From Massalongia carnosa (taxonomy: Eukaryota), in the NCBI GenBank assembly GCA_965645245.1, contig OZ287070.1, forward strand, positions 1,178,001 to 1,242,000: 64,000 nucleotides of DNA, read 5' to 3'. A program made the position numbers and the translations under genes. Below, piece by piece: positions 40,201 through 51,000 of the stretch (its first letter is position 1; the number at the start of each line of letters is the position of its first letter). Below the pieces are notes generated by a model, which was given only the letters and a program-made list of their open reading frames with translations, did no database searches and had not been told where the DNA came from.

Positions 40201-40968
40201 GTTTGGGGAGTTGGTGTTGTTGAGATGTGTGTTCTCGGCATAGTTGCGCAAACCATCAAAATTCAGGAATCCTGAAGCTTGTTCTTCGCCTGGAGACGAC
40301 TCGAGAAAGTACGACGCAACTGGTCCGAACTGATGCTGATCGTCGAGAGATCCTAGTCGAGACTGGTTGACGAAGGCTGTTTGACGAAATGGATTAGAGG
40401 AGCGCCCAGTGTCATTAACTGGAGAGCCAAGCTCTGTTGAGGAAGCTGAACGCCGATGTACATGAGTGCTGCTTGGTTTTGTGGCAAGTTCGGGCTTCGC
40501 TCCATGTCTAAATGGATCCATAAACACTCTTCGCTCAATACCAGGACCCAAGGATGGTGACGGAAATTTTGTGCCTATCTCTGATGGATCAATTTCTGGA
40601 GGCCGAGAAGGTACGGGAGGTGTCATTGGCGATGGCAAGCTCTGCAAATGAGAAGCATGCCCGCGAAAGCCAGTCTGGAACGAAGCACCAGGCTGAAAAA
40701 ACTCATGATCCTTCGAAACACTGGATAGGTTTGGAGACTTGGAGTAGCCAGGCGAATAAGGATTTGTGCTCAGCGCCAAACTACGAGCTTGAGCCTCGGA
40801 AGATATTGATTGTAAAGAAATCTGATTGGACTGGCTATTACCTGGATGACCTGTGATGGCTGCATAAGCAGTGGAGAGGTCACCGAAAACTGCCCTTGGA
40901 GCTCGTGGTCCTCTCTCGCTCTTAGATCTTGGCCGCTTGAACAATCCAAAGGCTGGGAAAGCTGCCAT
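37231..40968 (-). CDS. Large (~1245 aa) Ser/Pro-rich disordered protein with two C-terminal TM segments, function unknown
   Basis: Uninterrupted 3.7-kb ORF; first ATG at 40968. C-terminal RAESPHL..hydrophobic..MDG..W...GE..hydrophobic module. Confidence 0.8.
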   Translation of the reverse strand: MAAFPAFGLFKRPRSKSERGPRAPRAVFGDLSTAYAAITGHPGNSQSNQISLQSISSEAQARSLALSTNPYSPGYSKSPNLSSVSKDHEFFQPGASFQTGFRGHASHLQSLPSPMTPPVPSRPPEIDPSEIGTKFPSPSLGPGIERRVFMDPFRHGAKPELATKPSSTHVHRRSASSTELGSPVNDTGRSSNPFRQTAFVNQSRLGSLDDQHQFGPVASYFLESSPGEEQASGFLNFDGLRNYAENTHLNNTNSPNMNIDGSEVQVQPFNKILHAIDTQDGSTSHPEHVSSLSQFAWSPRGSFEAEAVVDSSAQILTGPPNIPFPSLPSQIQARRIIRDKASTLEQNSQDTAPYGNISNLLGLPSSHASRQNLTRNVARLSIVDTDGSIYSQTLSQSEVREIEDDIEAHMQGDVEGDGLEPAGRLIMSYSQSDTRAEEVGRTSSQGSSFFGLELHSSRRGRDYREAISGREARLGFYDEDEDEHRPSRYRSGTPPLLYGRGRVNMSEEPSFKSTLSGSRSNGRLAQILSASKLKSNSSRLAPAGEGEDDRDWETEANSISFNRKIVLDAIAQAGTGSSLADNSDSGSLSPSKMTRVSSAEPVLPQLNHPRYTHTWKLLQNRLSGNMMLRPDCETPSEVYLRPSKASKPVITRGSSHKHPSPLSAEYVNPFTLSMPLRTSALVSPLSDRSSRLTLGSPSSGHGKARDTSNNEEGTSPLSRANIFALGNRETEEDRREEILNRSGNGGRKQRSYLSSAWLSTLDGRPAAADSNETEIESYLRSGRFSKIARLGSRANLTGTPDSSTGARQMGSSLADASSLVTANSPFGPTSSFNQPSPFHQPLPSSPYHQPSPASPYHQPLQPSQPSQPSQPSQPSQPSAFSPFGQPSPLSQPSSLFHRSSQGENSALLQTPSPRKHPASHSAKKLQRRTIHGSMDPKESQASSQALNERLRKYPISRDINLFGEEHESLLLAQSQHKLSPEIRKHRQHLVDHQLLPAFPEPPLSEENRRSVPLELITKGGSSSSTGLASPASFGLGSRATPLIAPNTPGHQVRKRSPRRRNASGDQVINMGPEEHHFVRAAPVSPPAGNLRARSRSDTDAGLFELVDLSSAVHTAVDAYSDLPRPVSVCLSRPVAQPRSRPFPVARAESPHLLRVPRLDYEQAREWQRSLGRRWVAGLALSIVGFPMLIVLGAGLMDGIVAWHTEGEIDGFGGEEKKLAFVVGGVCCGLLAAAICVVFYVVFSSL
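38336..38389 (+). repeat. 9-bp coding tandem repeat (GAAGGTTGT)x6 encoding QPS repeats
   Basis: Directly visible; flanked by degenerate ~30-bp repeats (HQP..SPY). Confidence 0.9.
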
Positions 40969-43295
40969 CTTGCTTATCAAGAGGATTTGTTGAGATATTG
41001 AAACTGCGAAAGATCTAGTGCACCTCAGGGGACCTTGATACCCCCTGTCCTCAAAGATGATTCTTAGGGATCTAAGGAGATGGGTTGAATATGCAGCAGA
41101 TCACATATGAGTTCAGAGAGGCAACGCGGTTGAGATTACCGATGCAAGTCGGTTGCCTCTTGGGTTGATCTTGAAGGATGACGGAGGAAAAGTCAGACAT
41201 AAGATCAATTTTATAATCCAACGTTGAACTTACCAGTACGAAGAGTGCTACTATGTAGCTATGATTACCTGAGACTGGGATGATAATAGTTGTGAGTGAT
41301 CGCAAGATGGAGCCTCGGGTCAAACAAGTTGATACCAGGTGGTGCGACCGCACTGGTTTAAATAAGCCAATTTCTTATCATCAGCACCAAGTTGGGCAAG
41401 TTTTTCATGAGGAAGGTTACGTTGATGATGGAGAAGTGCGTTGGTCGGAAGGAAGAGTGATGCCGATGAAGCTGGAACAGGAAGAAACGACAGTGATGTT
41501 GATATTTGTGCAAAATCGAACCTCGCTTGTTATAGGATGTGCGAAGCGGATGCCCTAGTCTCCCTTTGCTGAGATCATGTCGACACCAAGAACGCGTCCG
41601 GCACAAGCCGGTTCAAGACACCGGCTTCAAGATGACCGTGTAGCGGTAGGTGTTTTGGATCACGAGGCAGATAAAGAGTGATCTTGAAACAAAGTAGTTC
41701 TGGTTAAAGGGGGATGTCTGAAGATATGAGGTGTGTAGGACTAGATCGCATCCTCCTTATTAGCAGCTGTGTTCCTTTCCGTAAAAAAGATCATCCCTGC
41801 CGAGACGCACACCGTCTCCTTTTTACCTTGCTCCTTTTTCAAATGCCTCTGAAGAGTTATTCTATGTTGTCCTAAGAAGCCACAACGGTAACGCGCGGTC
41901 ATTTCGGATCCCTCATCGCGATCTTAACAGCGGTTCAGGGATGAACTCTGAGGGATGAACATGGTGCATATGGGAAACTTCCCATATATAGTGTACTCCC
42001 TTTGAGCTTTCAGGGCCTTGGGTTACTAGGAGGGAATGTGATCAGCACTATTGAGCCTCGTCTTGCTCGACAGCCATACATTCTCGCCTGCCCAAGTAAG
42101 ACGAACGCTCTCATGCTGTTAGTCTTAGGAGGTAAGTACTCACTGGGAAGCATATGGTACTCAAAGTATCCCTTCTTCCAAATCTTACGTTCAGCCATTC
42201 AAGTGTATAGTTTTTCACGGATTAAATTGCACATGGCAGCGTAAAAGGCTTTATGATTGCTGAGTGCGAGGGGAATCCGACCAAACGGCTGAGTGGCTGA
42301 GAAGCTCATAGAGAGCCTTTCTCAATTTCTAAGAAAGGCATATAGCTGACCAAGAATACAGGTTGCCCAGGAGAAGCGACGTTGAGTATTTTACCACTTG
42401 AAGGTAGAGGATAAGTTATTGGCGTCAACCCGCAACTTCTCCTACGGGTAGAATAGAAGAAAATAAGGAGAGGAAGGAAAAGACTAGGAAGAACACAACG
42501 AAGGTGAGGAGGAAAAGAGAAGAGAGGGAGAGCAGGGAGTGAAGGATGAACGAAAGAATGAATGTGTACACAAGGGAAAACGGCACCAAATGGCAGCAAT
42601 GGTGCAAGGCCCGCTACTATGCGACATGGGAGGTCATTCGGTCTCGTCAATTACCTTCATCGCCATTGTCCTTAAGCGTACAGCGTTGTGCAACGAACTT
42701 CATTAGATATTACGGGCAAGGAAAGTTGAACGTATTGTGTGAGCAAATCACACCAAGTAGGAGAATGAGAAACGAGCGGAGACAAGGGTCGTCAAGTCTG
42801 ACTTCTGCTAAATCGCAGCCGTCCTCGGGAAGGATCCTCTCTTCCTTTGTTCCTGGTCATCTAATGCTCCAGGCTTTTCGCGCAATGTCTTCAGCATAGG
42901 GATTCAGCGTAATTAAGCGTGCGGATTAGAAATCCATATTAACCAAACTTTTATCAACAGACCTACCTGGTCGTCATTCCGCAGCCCCTGCAAAGCATTA
43001 TGGGTGTCAATGTCAGGATTTGGAGGGCTTTTAGGACTTGGTTTACGAAAATCCCCGGGATAGGCGGGAAAGCGAGGCACAGAACAGGTCAATAACGCAA
43101 ATCAATTCCATGAATGATACTGTTCGCAACGTCCCAATGAATACAAACGAACTCACTTGCAGTTTTCTCCTCTCGAGTCCCCACCATCCGTCTCATAGGT
43201 TAAATTTTGCTATTTTCCAAGAAGTCGCACAGGTGTGCCTGGCAAACCGGAAAAGAGAAAATTTTTGCCCAATCCACACTCCCATTTGTTAGCTA

Positions 43296-44633
43296 CAAGT
43301 CCCGTGCCAAAAGTCTGCGGCCCAACCCGTAATTTTCGTGATTTCGCGTTTTCAACTCATCAACCCCCCATCTTCCACCTCATCATTTCACCATGCTTCG
43401 TGCTTCTTTGACCCCCATAAGTGGTAATCGGCCTCGTAACACTGAATTGACGCCATATCAACGTGGTATGATTGTTGGGGCCCAGGCGTTGGGGCACACA
43501 CCGACCGAGATTGGGAAGACTCTTAATTTCACTAAATCGACCGTGCAGAGCACCATTCAGAAGCACTCAATTCGCAACGACGGCGTGTCTAAATCACGTT
43601 CTGGACGGCCTGAAGTGCTGTCAGAACGCGATCGACGTTATATCATCAAGCATGCACGAATCAATCCACGAATCACTTATGCACAAATCAAACTAGAAGT
43701 GGGGCTCGGCTGCAGTCGTACGACTATTTATCGGGCACTCAAACTGTATGGTTTAACCAACTGGGTGGCTAAAAAACGACCTTTATTGACGCCTGAGGTG
43801 GCCAAGAAACGATTGGATTGGTGCTTGCTGCGGCGTGAGTGGACTTTTGAGCAGTGGTCAAGAGTTATATGGTCAGATGAGTGCTCGGTGGAAAAGGGGT
43901 CAGGAAAACAGCGTCAGTGGGTGTTCAGATTGCCGAAAGAAAAATGGAATAAAGAGATGATACAACCTGTCCCCAAAGGCAAAGGAGTCAGTGTCATGGT
44001 CTGGGCAGCTTTTTGGGGAGATGACAGGTCAGATCTTTACAAATTGGCTCGTGATTTTGCTGCGAAGAAGATGGGGTACTCGGCGAACTCATATATGGAA
44101 TTATTGAACGATAATCTGCTTGGAATTTGGCAACCGGGCCTCATTTTCATGCAGGATAACGCACCTATACATAAGGCTAAAAAGGTGATGGAATGGTTCA
44201 ATGAGAACGGCATAGAGGTCATCGATTGGCCCCCCTATTCACCTGATTTAAATCCCATCGAGCACGTTTGGTATGTGCTCAAAAAGCTCGTCTATCAAGT
44301 CAACCCGAACATAGATTTGGTGATCGGCAGTGATGAAACTGTTCGTGAGGTACTTTGGAAAGCGTTAGAAGAAGCCTGGACGTTGATAGATGTGAAAATG
44401 ATGAGGAGGTTAATAGAGAGCATGAATAGGAGGATAAAAGCGTGTATAGCGTCGGAAGGATAGTATACTAAATATTAAAATTAATTTTTGGGGGAATTCT
44501 TGTTTAGTATGTATGTAATCATTATGTAAAGTTTCAAGACATTTCAGCAATCGTGACGTGGTTGATTGTTGATTGAATAGAATGATTGAAATGTTGGTGG
44601 GGTGCGGGGCCGCAGACTTTTGGCCTAGTACTG
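43296..44633 (+). mobile_element. Tc1/mariner (impala-like, DD34E) DNA transposon, 1338 bp
   Basis: TA flanks at 43294-43295 and 44634-44635. Imperfect TIRs share the core GCCAAAAGTCTGCGGCCC; transposase inside. Confidence 0.92.
43393..44463 (+). CDS. Tc1-type transposase
   Basis: HTH N-terminus with RSGRP, WSDE, QDNAPIH and WPPYSPDLNPIEH; 34 residues between the second D and E. Ends EG*YTKY*, where GWYTKY would be expected. Confidence 0.93.
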   Translation: MLRASLTPISGNRPRNTELTPYQRGMIVGAQALGHTPTEIGKTLNFTKSTVQSTIQKHSIRNDGVSKSRSGRPEVLSERDRRYIIKHARINPRITYAQIKLEVGLGCSRTTIYRALKLYGLTNWVAKKRPLLTPEVAKKRLDWCLLRREWTFEQWSRVIWSDECSVEKGSGKQRQWVFRLPKEKWNKEMIQPVPKGKGVSVMVWAAFWGDDRSDLYKLARDFAAKKMGYSANSYMELLNDNLLGIWQPGLIFMQDNAPIHKAKKVMEWFNENGIEVIDWPPYSPDLNPIEHVWYVLKKLVYQVNPNIDLVIGSDETVREVLWKALEEAWTLIDVKMMRRLIESMNRRIKACIASEG

Positions 44634-44923
44634 TATCTTTCCACAAGGTTTTTTCAGGCCCAACAACAACCCCCCAAAAAAACCGGACGTAAAAAATCAC
44701 AGAATAGGAAATGTATCTGAAATATTGTCATTTTCAAAAAACTTCAGATCGTTGTAAAGTAAAATAAACATAATATAATGGAGAAGACGAGGCAGAGCCG
44801 GCTTCCTAGCGAGAGAATGAGAATGAATACCCTTTTCGGCTTAGTATCATAACTAGTTACCGAGTTAGCTCATGGGAGAAGGAACCACGTGATGGGATCT
44901 TTATGGTAAATGGTATTTATTTA

Positions 44924-47542
44924 GGGAACGGATAACAGGACACCACTTTGGTTAGATAAACACCACCTCCGGTTAGATAAACACCACCTCCGGTTAAGTA
45001 AACACCGCTAGCCCAGGTAGGGTAGATTCCTCGGCCCCGTCCGCCTTCTTCCCCTTTTAGGTCTAGCAGTCCACATCCCAACATTGACACCTCAAGAAAA
45101 AATTCAATTCAGCTTTCAACCATCGATTACTAGACATTGGATTTGTCGATTGGCACTGTCTTCATGAATCGCACCCTTTATTTGAAGCTTAGTAATGCAA
45201 ATCAGTTGATTGGAGCCGCATTCGCTGCATCCCCGCCAATTCCATCTGCTGCATCCACGCCAATCCCGTCTCCCCTTCCTCGACCAGCTCTGCCTCGACC
45301 AGCCCTAGCCCTAGCTCGGCCAGTCCTTGTGTTTGTCTCAGCTCTTTCACGAATCCCCCCTCCCCCTCCTCTCCCTCCCCCTCGTCCTCGCCCTCGCCCT
45401 CGCCCCCGACGTCCTACCCTGCCTGGTGTAGTATTGGCTCGATGAATAGCTCGTTCCACCTCCGGAGCTATTGCATCAGCTGTTTCCATTTCAACCCGTT
45501 CGAATTGAGATGGTAATCGATGAGTGGAATTGTCAAATGCCTCCGCTCGTCTGTTTTCCGCTCCCTGAGGGCGACCACGAGGTCGGGCTATCTCCGGTTC
45601 CCTCACTAGAAGAAGAGGATTAATCAAAGCAATCGGAGGGGCGCGCTTTTCCAACCTTGAACTGTTGTTAGTAGCTGATCGCTGACCATCGATCAGATGA
45701 CAATAACCTACTTCCAATGCGGGTGCACATCTTCCAATTTCAGACTTCCTTCATTCTCGAATAATCGTTGCTGAATCAGATGACTACAAGGCAAGCCGGT
45801 GATGGTAGTGAAGACGTTGGTACAAGCTGGAATAACAGTCGGTCTTCCTGTTAATAACTCGTATTGGTGTAGAATCTTTTTCAGGGCATAGGGACTGATA
45901 AATGCTCTCAGTTGCTGAAAGATAACTTTGCGAAGATGAAGTGGAAAACGTGTTCTGGCTTCTTCAAAAGCAATCAGATGATCATGATACTGATTTGTTA
46001 GTAGCAGATTAATGCCGTCAACTACCAGCTTCAAATCTCCGGTCGATGATCCTAATTGACGTTTTAATACTGCATGTGCGCCTTCCGCTCGCGACGTTAC
46101 CGTTGTCTCAAAATGCAGCACCTTGTTGGTGTAGCATGCCACGAAGCGATCGCGATGATTATCAATGTAGGTGGACTTCAAATATCGAATACAATCTTCA
46201 TGAGAAGTCATATAGGTAGCAGAAAACTGCTCCCATAGCTTCCAAAATTGAGGCTCGGTTGCTGCATAGATCACTGATTTCCAATCTGACAAAAAGATCT
46301 TCCATTCCTCATTGTCGAAAGATTTTTTGCACTTTGTCAACACATTCTGATTGATGTGCCAGATGCATAGCAAATGATTGATATTTGGAAAGACTATGGA
46401 AGATACCAACATTAATCCTTTCTCCATGTCGGACACGAGAATAATCGAATCAGGAAGTTCCAATCGAGAATACACCTCCTTCAATTGCTGTAAAGCCCAG
46501 ATGTAGTCCTCTGCTGTCTCCGTGATCAGAAAGCAAAAGGCGACATAAAAGGTAGTATGTAGCGCGGTTTGTCCGCCTGATGACGAGAAGAGGCATTTTG
46601 TATCGATTGGTCTTGTACGTGCAATCCATAATGAGAACTTCATGATTATCTATCAGAAGAGTTTGGGAACTGCCCTTGATGAAGAAGAGATGCGTAATCT
46701 GCTGATGAATGTCTTGTTGAAAGTTGTACACCCAATCCTTTTCGTCAAACTCACGAATCAATGCCTGAATAGGAGTCAATGGTCCCAAGACATCACGTCT
46801 CATCTGCGCCTTTAAGTTGTAGATGTCCCGAGGTTTAAACATCGGATTCACAATGATCTCGGCATTGGGATCATGAGGACTGAGATCTGCATTCACATCG
46901 GGAACACGCAGACTAGACAAAACCTTTGACGCCGACGTTTGTACTGTTAACTGTCTGGTAACGTCATCCTTTACACCGGTCAGAGCGATTTTTCTCAAGG
47001 CAGGATGAGAGCCAGCAAGACTGGACGGATGATTGTGTGTCCCATTTACCACCTCCAAAAACCACACCTCGTCGTCCATTTTGGCTGTCAGGGCAAATGG
47101 ACAAGCAATTAGTCGACTGCTGGTGTGCCGACGATCCTGACCCTGCGGTTCTCTGACTTTTCCACCTCGGTCGCATTTTAACCAAGCTTTATTTCTCACT
47201 CCCAGCTTGGTTTTCTTGGTTCGAAGAAGCACCACGGCGTAGCCTTCGGGGGCGGCATGCTCATTGACTCTAAGCAACAGGTCTTCTAGTGAGGCAAAGG
47301 ATTGACTATCTTCGGGAGGTCGAAGCGGCATGACGACGTGGCGGCGGCAGGGTGCCTGCAGATCAAATGTGAAATATGAGTGCAAGGATGAGGTGCAGGT
47401 AGAATGTGGGAGTTTCAACCGCTAGACCTAAAAGGGGAAGAGGCGGGCGGGGCCGAGGAATCTACCCTACCTGGGCTAGCGGTGTTTACCTAACCGGAGG
47501 TGGTGTTTATCTAACCAAAGTGGTGTCCTGTTATCCGTTCCC
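44924..47542 (-). mobile_element. Mutator-like (MULE) DNA transposon, 2619 bp
   Basis: Long TIRs starting GGGAACGGATAACAGGACACC (left ~44924-45066, right ~47423-47542); 8-bp direct repeat TTTATTTA at 44916-44923 and 47543-47550. Confidence 0.93.
45202..47331 (-). pseudogene. MULE transposase, frameshifted
   Basis: FAR1-like N-terminus (CDRGG..CPF..HNH), MDCTYKTNRYKMPL, D.EKGL, LLCIWH, TSRAEGAH, GLPCSH..HW. Extra G near 46577 (ATCAGGCGGA); one intron near 45660-45712; C-terminal GRGRG repeats. Confidence 0.88.
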
Positions 47543-48087
47543 TTTATTTATCATCCAGGTGTCAACCAGCTACCTTATCTAGCTATGAGCAACAATTAGG
47601 TAGTGCCGGGAGAGTCTGAATAACTAACTTGGTTACCCTAATACCAAAGGGGGGCCCATTTGCAGGGTTTGGCGATAGTACAGAGTAGGTATGTAATTGA
47701 TTATTATCCTACAAGCCAGCATTGCGGGAGGAATGTGGCCCGAAGGTTAAATCAAAGAAGAATTGATCAATACCTAAACAAACAGAGCATGTTTTGGCAA
47801 AACATCAGAAACTGCAAACACCTACCTAGTTATATATATACATGGTGTCTCGAACCTGTGTGTGCTCTGTAATGCCAATTTGAGGGAGCCCTTGAAAAGA
47901 AAAGAAGAAGAAAAATCCATCACAAAAGGACGGCGCGGCTATGATGTACCTATATGCATGTGGTAGGAACTCCTTGATGGCTGGAGGGAAAGAAGACAAG
48001 ATCGATGCAAGGTAGAAACAACACGTCCTGCGCCGTCAAATCACCCCAGCTATGCAAATCATTGCGGTCATCTCGGTCGTTAGTGAT

Positions 48088-51000
48088 CTAGTGTCGCTTG
48101 TACTTCTGCCAAAATAAAGGTTGATTAGCTACAAGCTCTCATTTGCGTGCCAAGGGACAGGAATACCCACATCCTCGATCCTCCTCCGATTGCCCGGGTC
48201 TAGACTGTTCGTTGCGCCCATCAACGTCTGCCCTACTGCTTTAGTGATCCCCATCGCAGGCCGCAAAATCACGGTTGGTGCGCCGCGGAGCACCGCCCTC
48301 GCCGCACCACCGGCCGTTCCACTTTCCATGACCTCCCCAGGCATCGCCACAATGGCATCCCTGGCCGTTAGTAAATCTCGCTCAAGGCTTGCGTAAGCCC
48401 CGCGTAGCCCCTGCACTACTCCCACAGGTTGCTCGGCGTAAAGGCTGATATGTTTCTTCTCCTCGTCCTCCAGCTCGGCGTTTTCCCAGCCGGCTGACAC
48501 ATCTGGTTGCTGTTGCCCGGGCTGGGTCAGGAAACCTTCAGCGCCTTGTAGTACAGTTTGTGTACCAATGGCGAGCTTGGCACCTAACTTGACCAGTTCA
48601 CTGGTGGTGGTTTTCGCAAAGGCCAACGCGCCTTTCTGGAAGCTCCGCACCACCCGACCATCTTTCCTGTATTCTCTTATAGGTATTACCACTAGGTCAC
48701 GGACGCCACCTCCAACATTTACTAGTGATCTCACGGGAGCAAGACCGGCCAGGACCCCAGATAGTTGGTTCTGCTTGATGTCTGGCATCCAAATATCGTT
48801 GAGTGTTTTACCAAGTTTATCAAACCCAGAGACACCGTAAATGATGACGTGCCGAAGCACCATGTCCGCTCGATCGAGGATGAAGAAGTTCATAAATTCG
48901 TTTGTGCGGCCAGAGCGAAGACCAGCATAATCAACCCGCTTAGGTTTAAAGTCGAGTTTCAGCTGCACCGAGTTTACTTCTACGCGCTGAAGAAAAGGTG
49001 CTTCTGACTTAGAACTTTGTGACGGGATCGAGTCATCCTTGAACTCAAAGAAACGAGTTAGAAAATCGAGAGCATCTTGATCTACATGTAAACGTAGAGG
49101 AAGAACGGTAGCCTAGACGATCGTTAGCTTTGAGAATGCAAAGCGAAAACACAACTACCTTTAGTATGATCTCAGAAGCTGCGAGCTCCGGGATAGGCTT
49201 CACATTCTGAATCTCAAGATGGATCATGCTGGTGCCACTCTCACGCTCTCCGGCGTCGTGCATATAAGTCACAAATTTTTTCCAGGTAGAAGTTGGCACA
49301 TGATCAAAAATATCTAGATCTTGCACTCGGATATCGATTGAACTCTGAGTCTCCTCTATACCGGGCGGAAAGATGACCAAGTCTGCCGAAACTCCCTTCA
49401 ATTCGAAAGTCATCTTGTGATACTTGCTGCGGGCGAGGCGCAATCTCTTGCCTTTCGCGCGTGGCAGATGAGCTTGTCGGCTTGGTGATCCCGAAATTGA
49501 CGATGGAGCATAAGTGTCCGTTTCGCTTGCTAGATCGTCAATATTCTGATTGATTTGCCGGGCTAAATCTTTGGGATCACGGTTTGCAGGTATTCCAATA
49601 TAAATGGAGTTGAACAGGAAGTCCCCAATTACGGACTCTTCCTCTTCCTCGGTCTCAAAAGATTTCCGTCGATCTTGCCGGGAAAGGCGTTCGGCGGCTT
49701 TGGTCTCGACCTCTGCCACGGCTTTGCTGATTGTGTCCCTAGTGTTCTGCCAGTCGTAACCATCAAAGAGATTCCATATAATGTGGACGTCTCGTACACG
49801 GAGCCTCAGCGGACTTGCACGGATTTTGAACTCGTTAGCTAAACCATAGGTGTTCTGTCTTATATCCCATCTATGAGCCGTTCCCCCAATCGTTGAGCTC
49901 GTTCCAAAATGGTCTTCTCGAAATTCTAAAGGCGCGTTGCCCGCAGCAACTTGATACTGCTCTTGAAAACTTTCTAGAAGTATTTTATCCCCAATCTCAC
50001 GAGTGATGGGAGGACTTGCCAACGATTCCAGTTCATCTTCGAGCATGCTGTTCGCAATGCCTTCATGAAAACTCTCAGGATGAGGGTTGTAAAAACTACT
50101 AACAAATTCCAGATTTTGGGGGACTTCATCATCTACCATGTCGCCTTCCTCAAGGTCCAATGGAGATGTGTGGTCATTTCCCTCGTTCCCTTGAGGTGCC
50201 GCAAAGGCATCCCCAGATAATGAAGCGAGCATATCTTCCACGGGGATAATCTGTGTTCTATATTTAAGCTCTTTTTCAGGTGGGAGTGGTGGCTTAAGCC
50301 CGTTCAGAATTGCTAACAGGGTTTGCGTAGAATCTGCGCACGATTCTAAGACTAAGAGGTCATCTCGGATCTCAACGTCGTAACACTCGCCTCCATTGGA
50401 ACCCAACTTGACCATGTTAAAGGTCGCTTTCGCCGACGAGATATCGCTAACAGAAATGAAGCCCGAATCGAGTATATTTTGCAACATGCTACTCTGATCG
50501 TTGCGAATAAGTGTTCTCGTAGATTTACTTGCAGATATGATATTTTTCAGATCATCGATTACCATAAGCGAAGCCTTGTTTATCTCCAATGTAGCGCTGG
50601 TTTCGTCTTCCTTAGGTCTTGTCCCATTGAATTGTGCGCTCGTAAGTACTATGAGACCTCTGCCTGGAGAATCACGAGGATTTAGTCCAATAATTGAGTC
50701 TTGTATAGCAATATCTAGTCTCATAAATATTGAGCTATTGAAAGATTTTTCACTCTTTGATGAGGTTTGGCTCGAAAATTTTGGTGTAGACCGGTGACGG
50801 CTTTTAACGATTGGAATGGAGGAAACCATCTCAGTAACAACAGTTTCTATGCTGACATCGTCCGAAAGCCCCATCATTGACAGGATAGTCGAGACATGAT
50901 ACTCAACACGGATGTTTTGTATTTTAACCTTAATGGTGGGCTCCATTTCATTACCAATAAATCTCGCCATGACCATAGGCGATACTCTCTTGTGCTCCAG

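Noticed and set aside
44949..45010. Short direct repeats superficially CRISPR-like
   Set aside because: No spacers; they are MULE TIR subrepeats in a eukaryotic genome.
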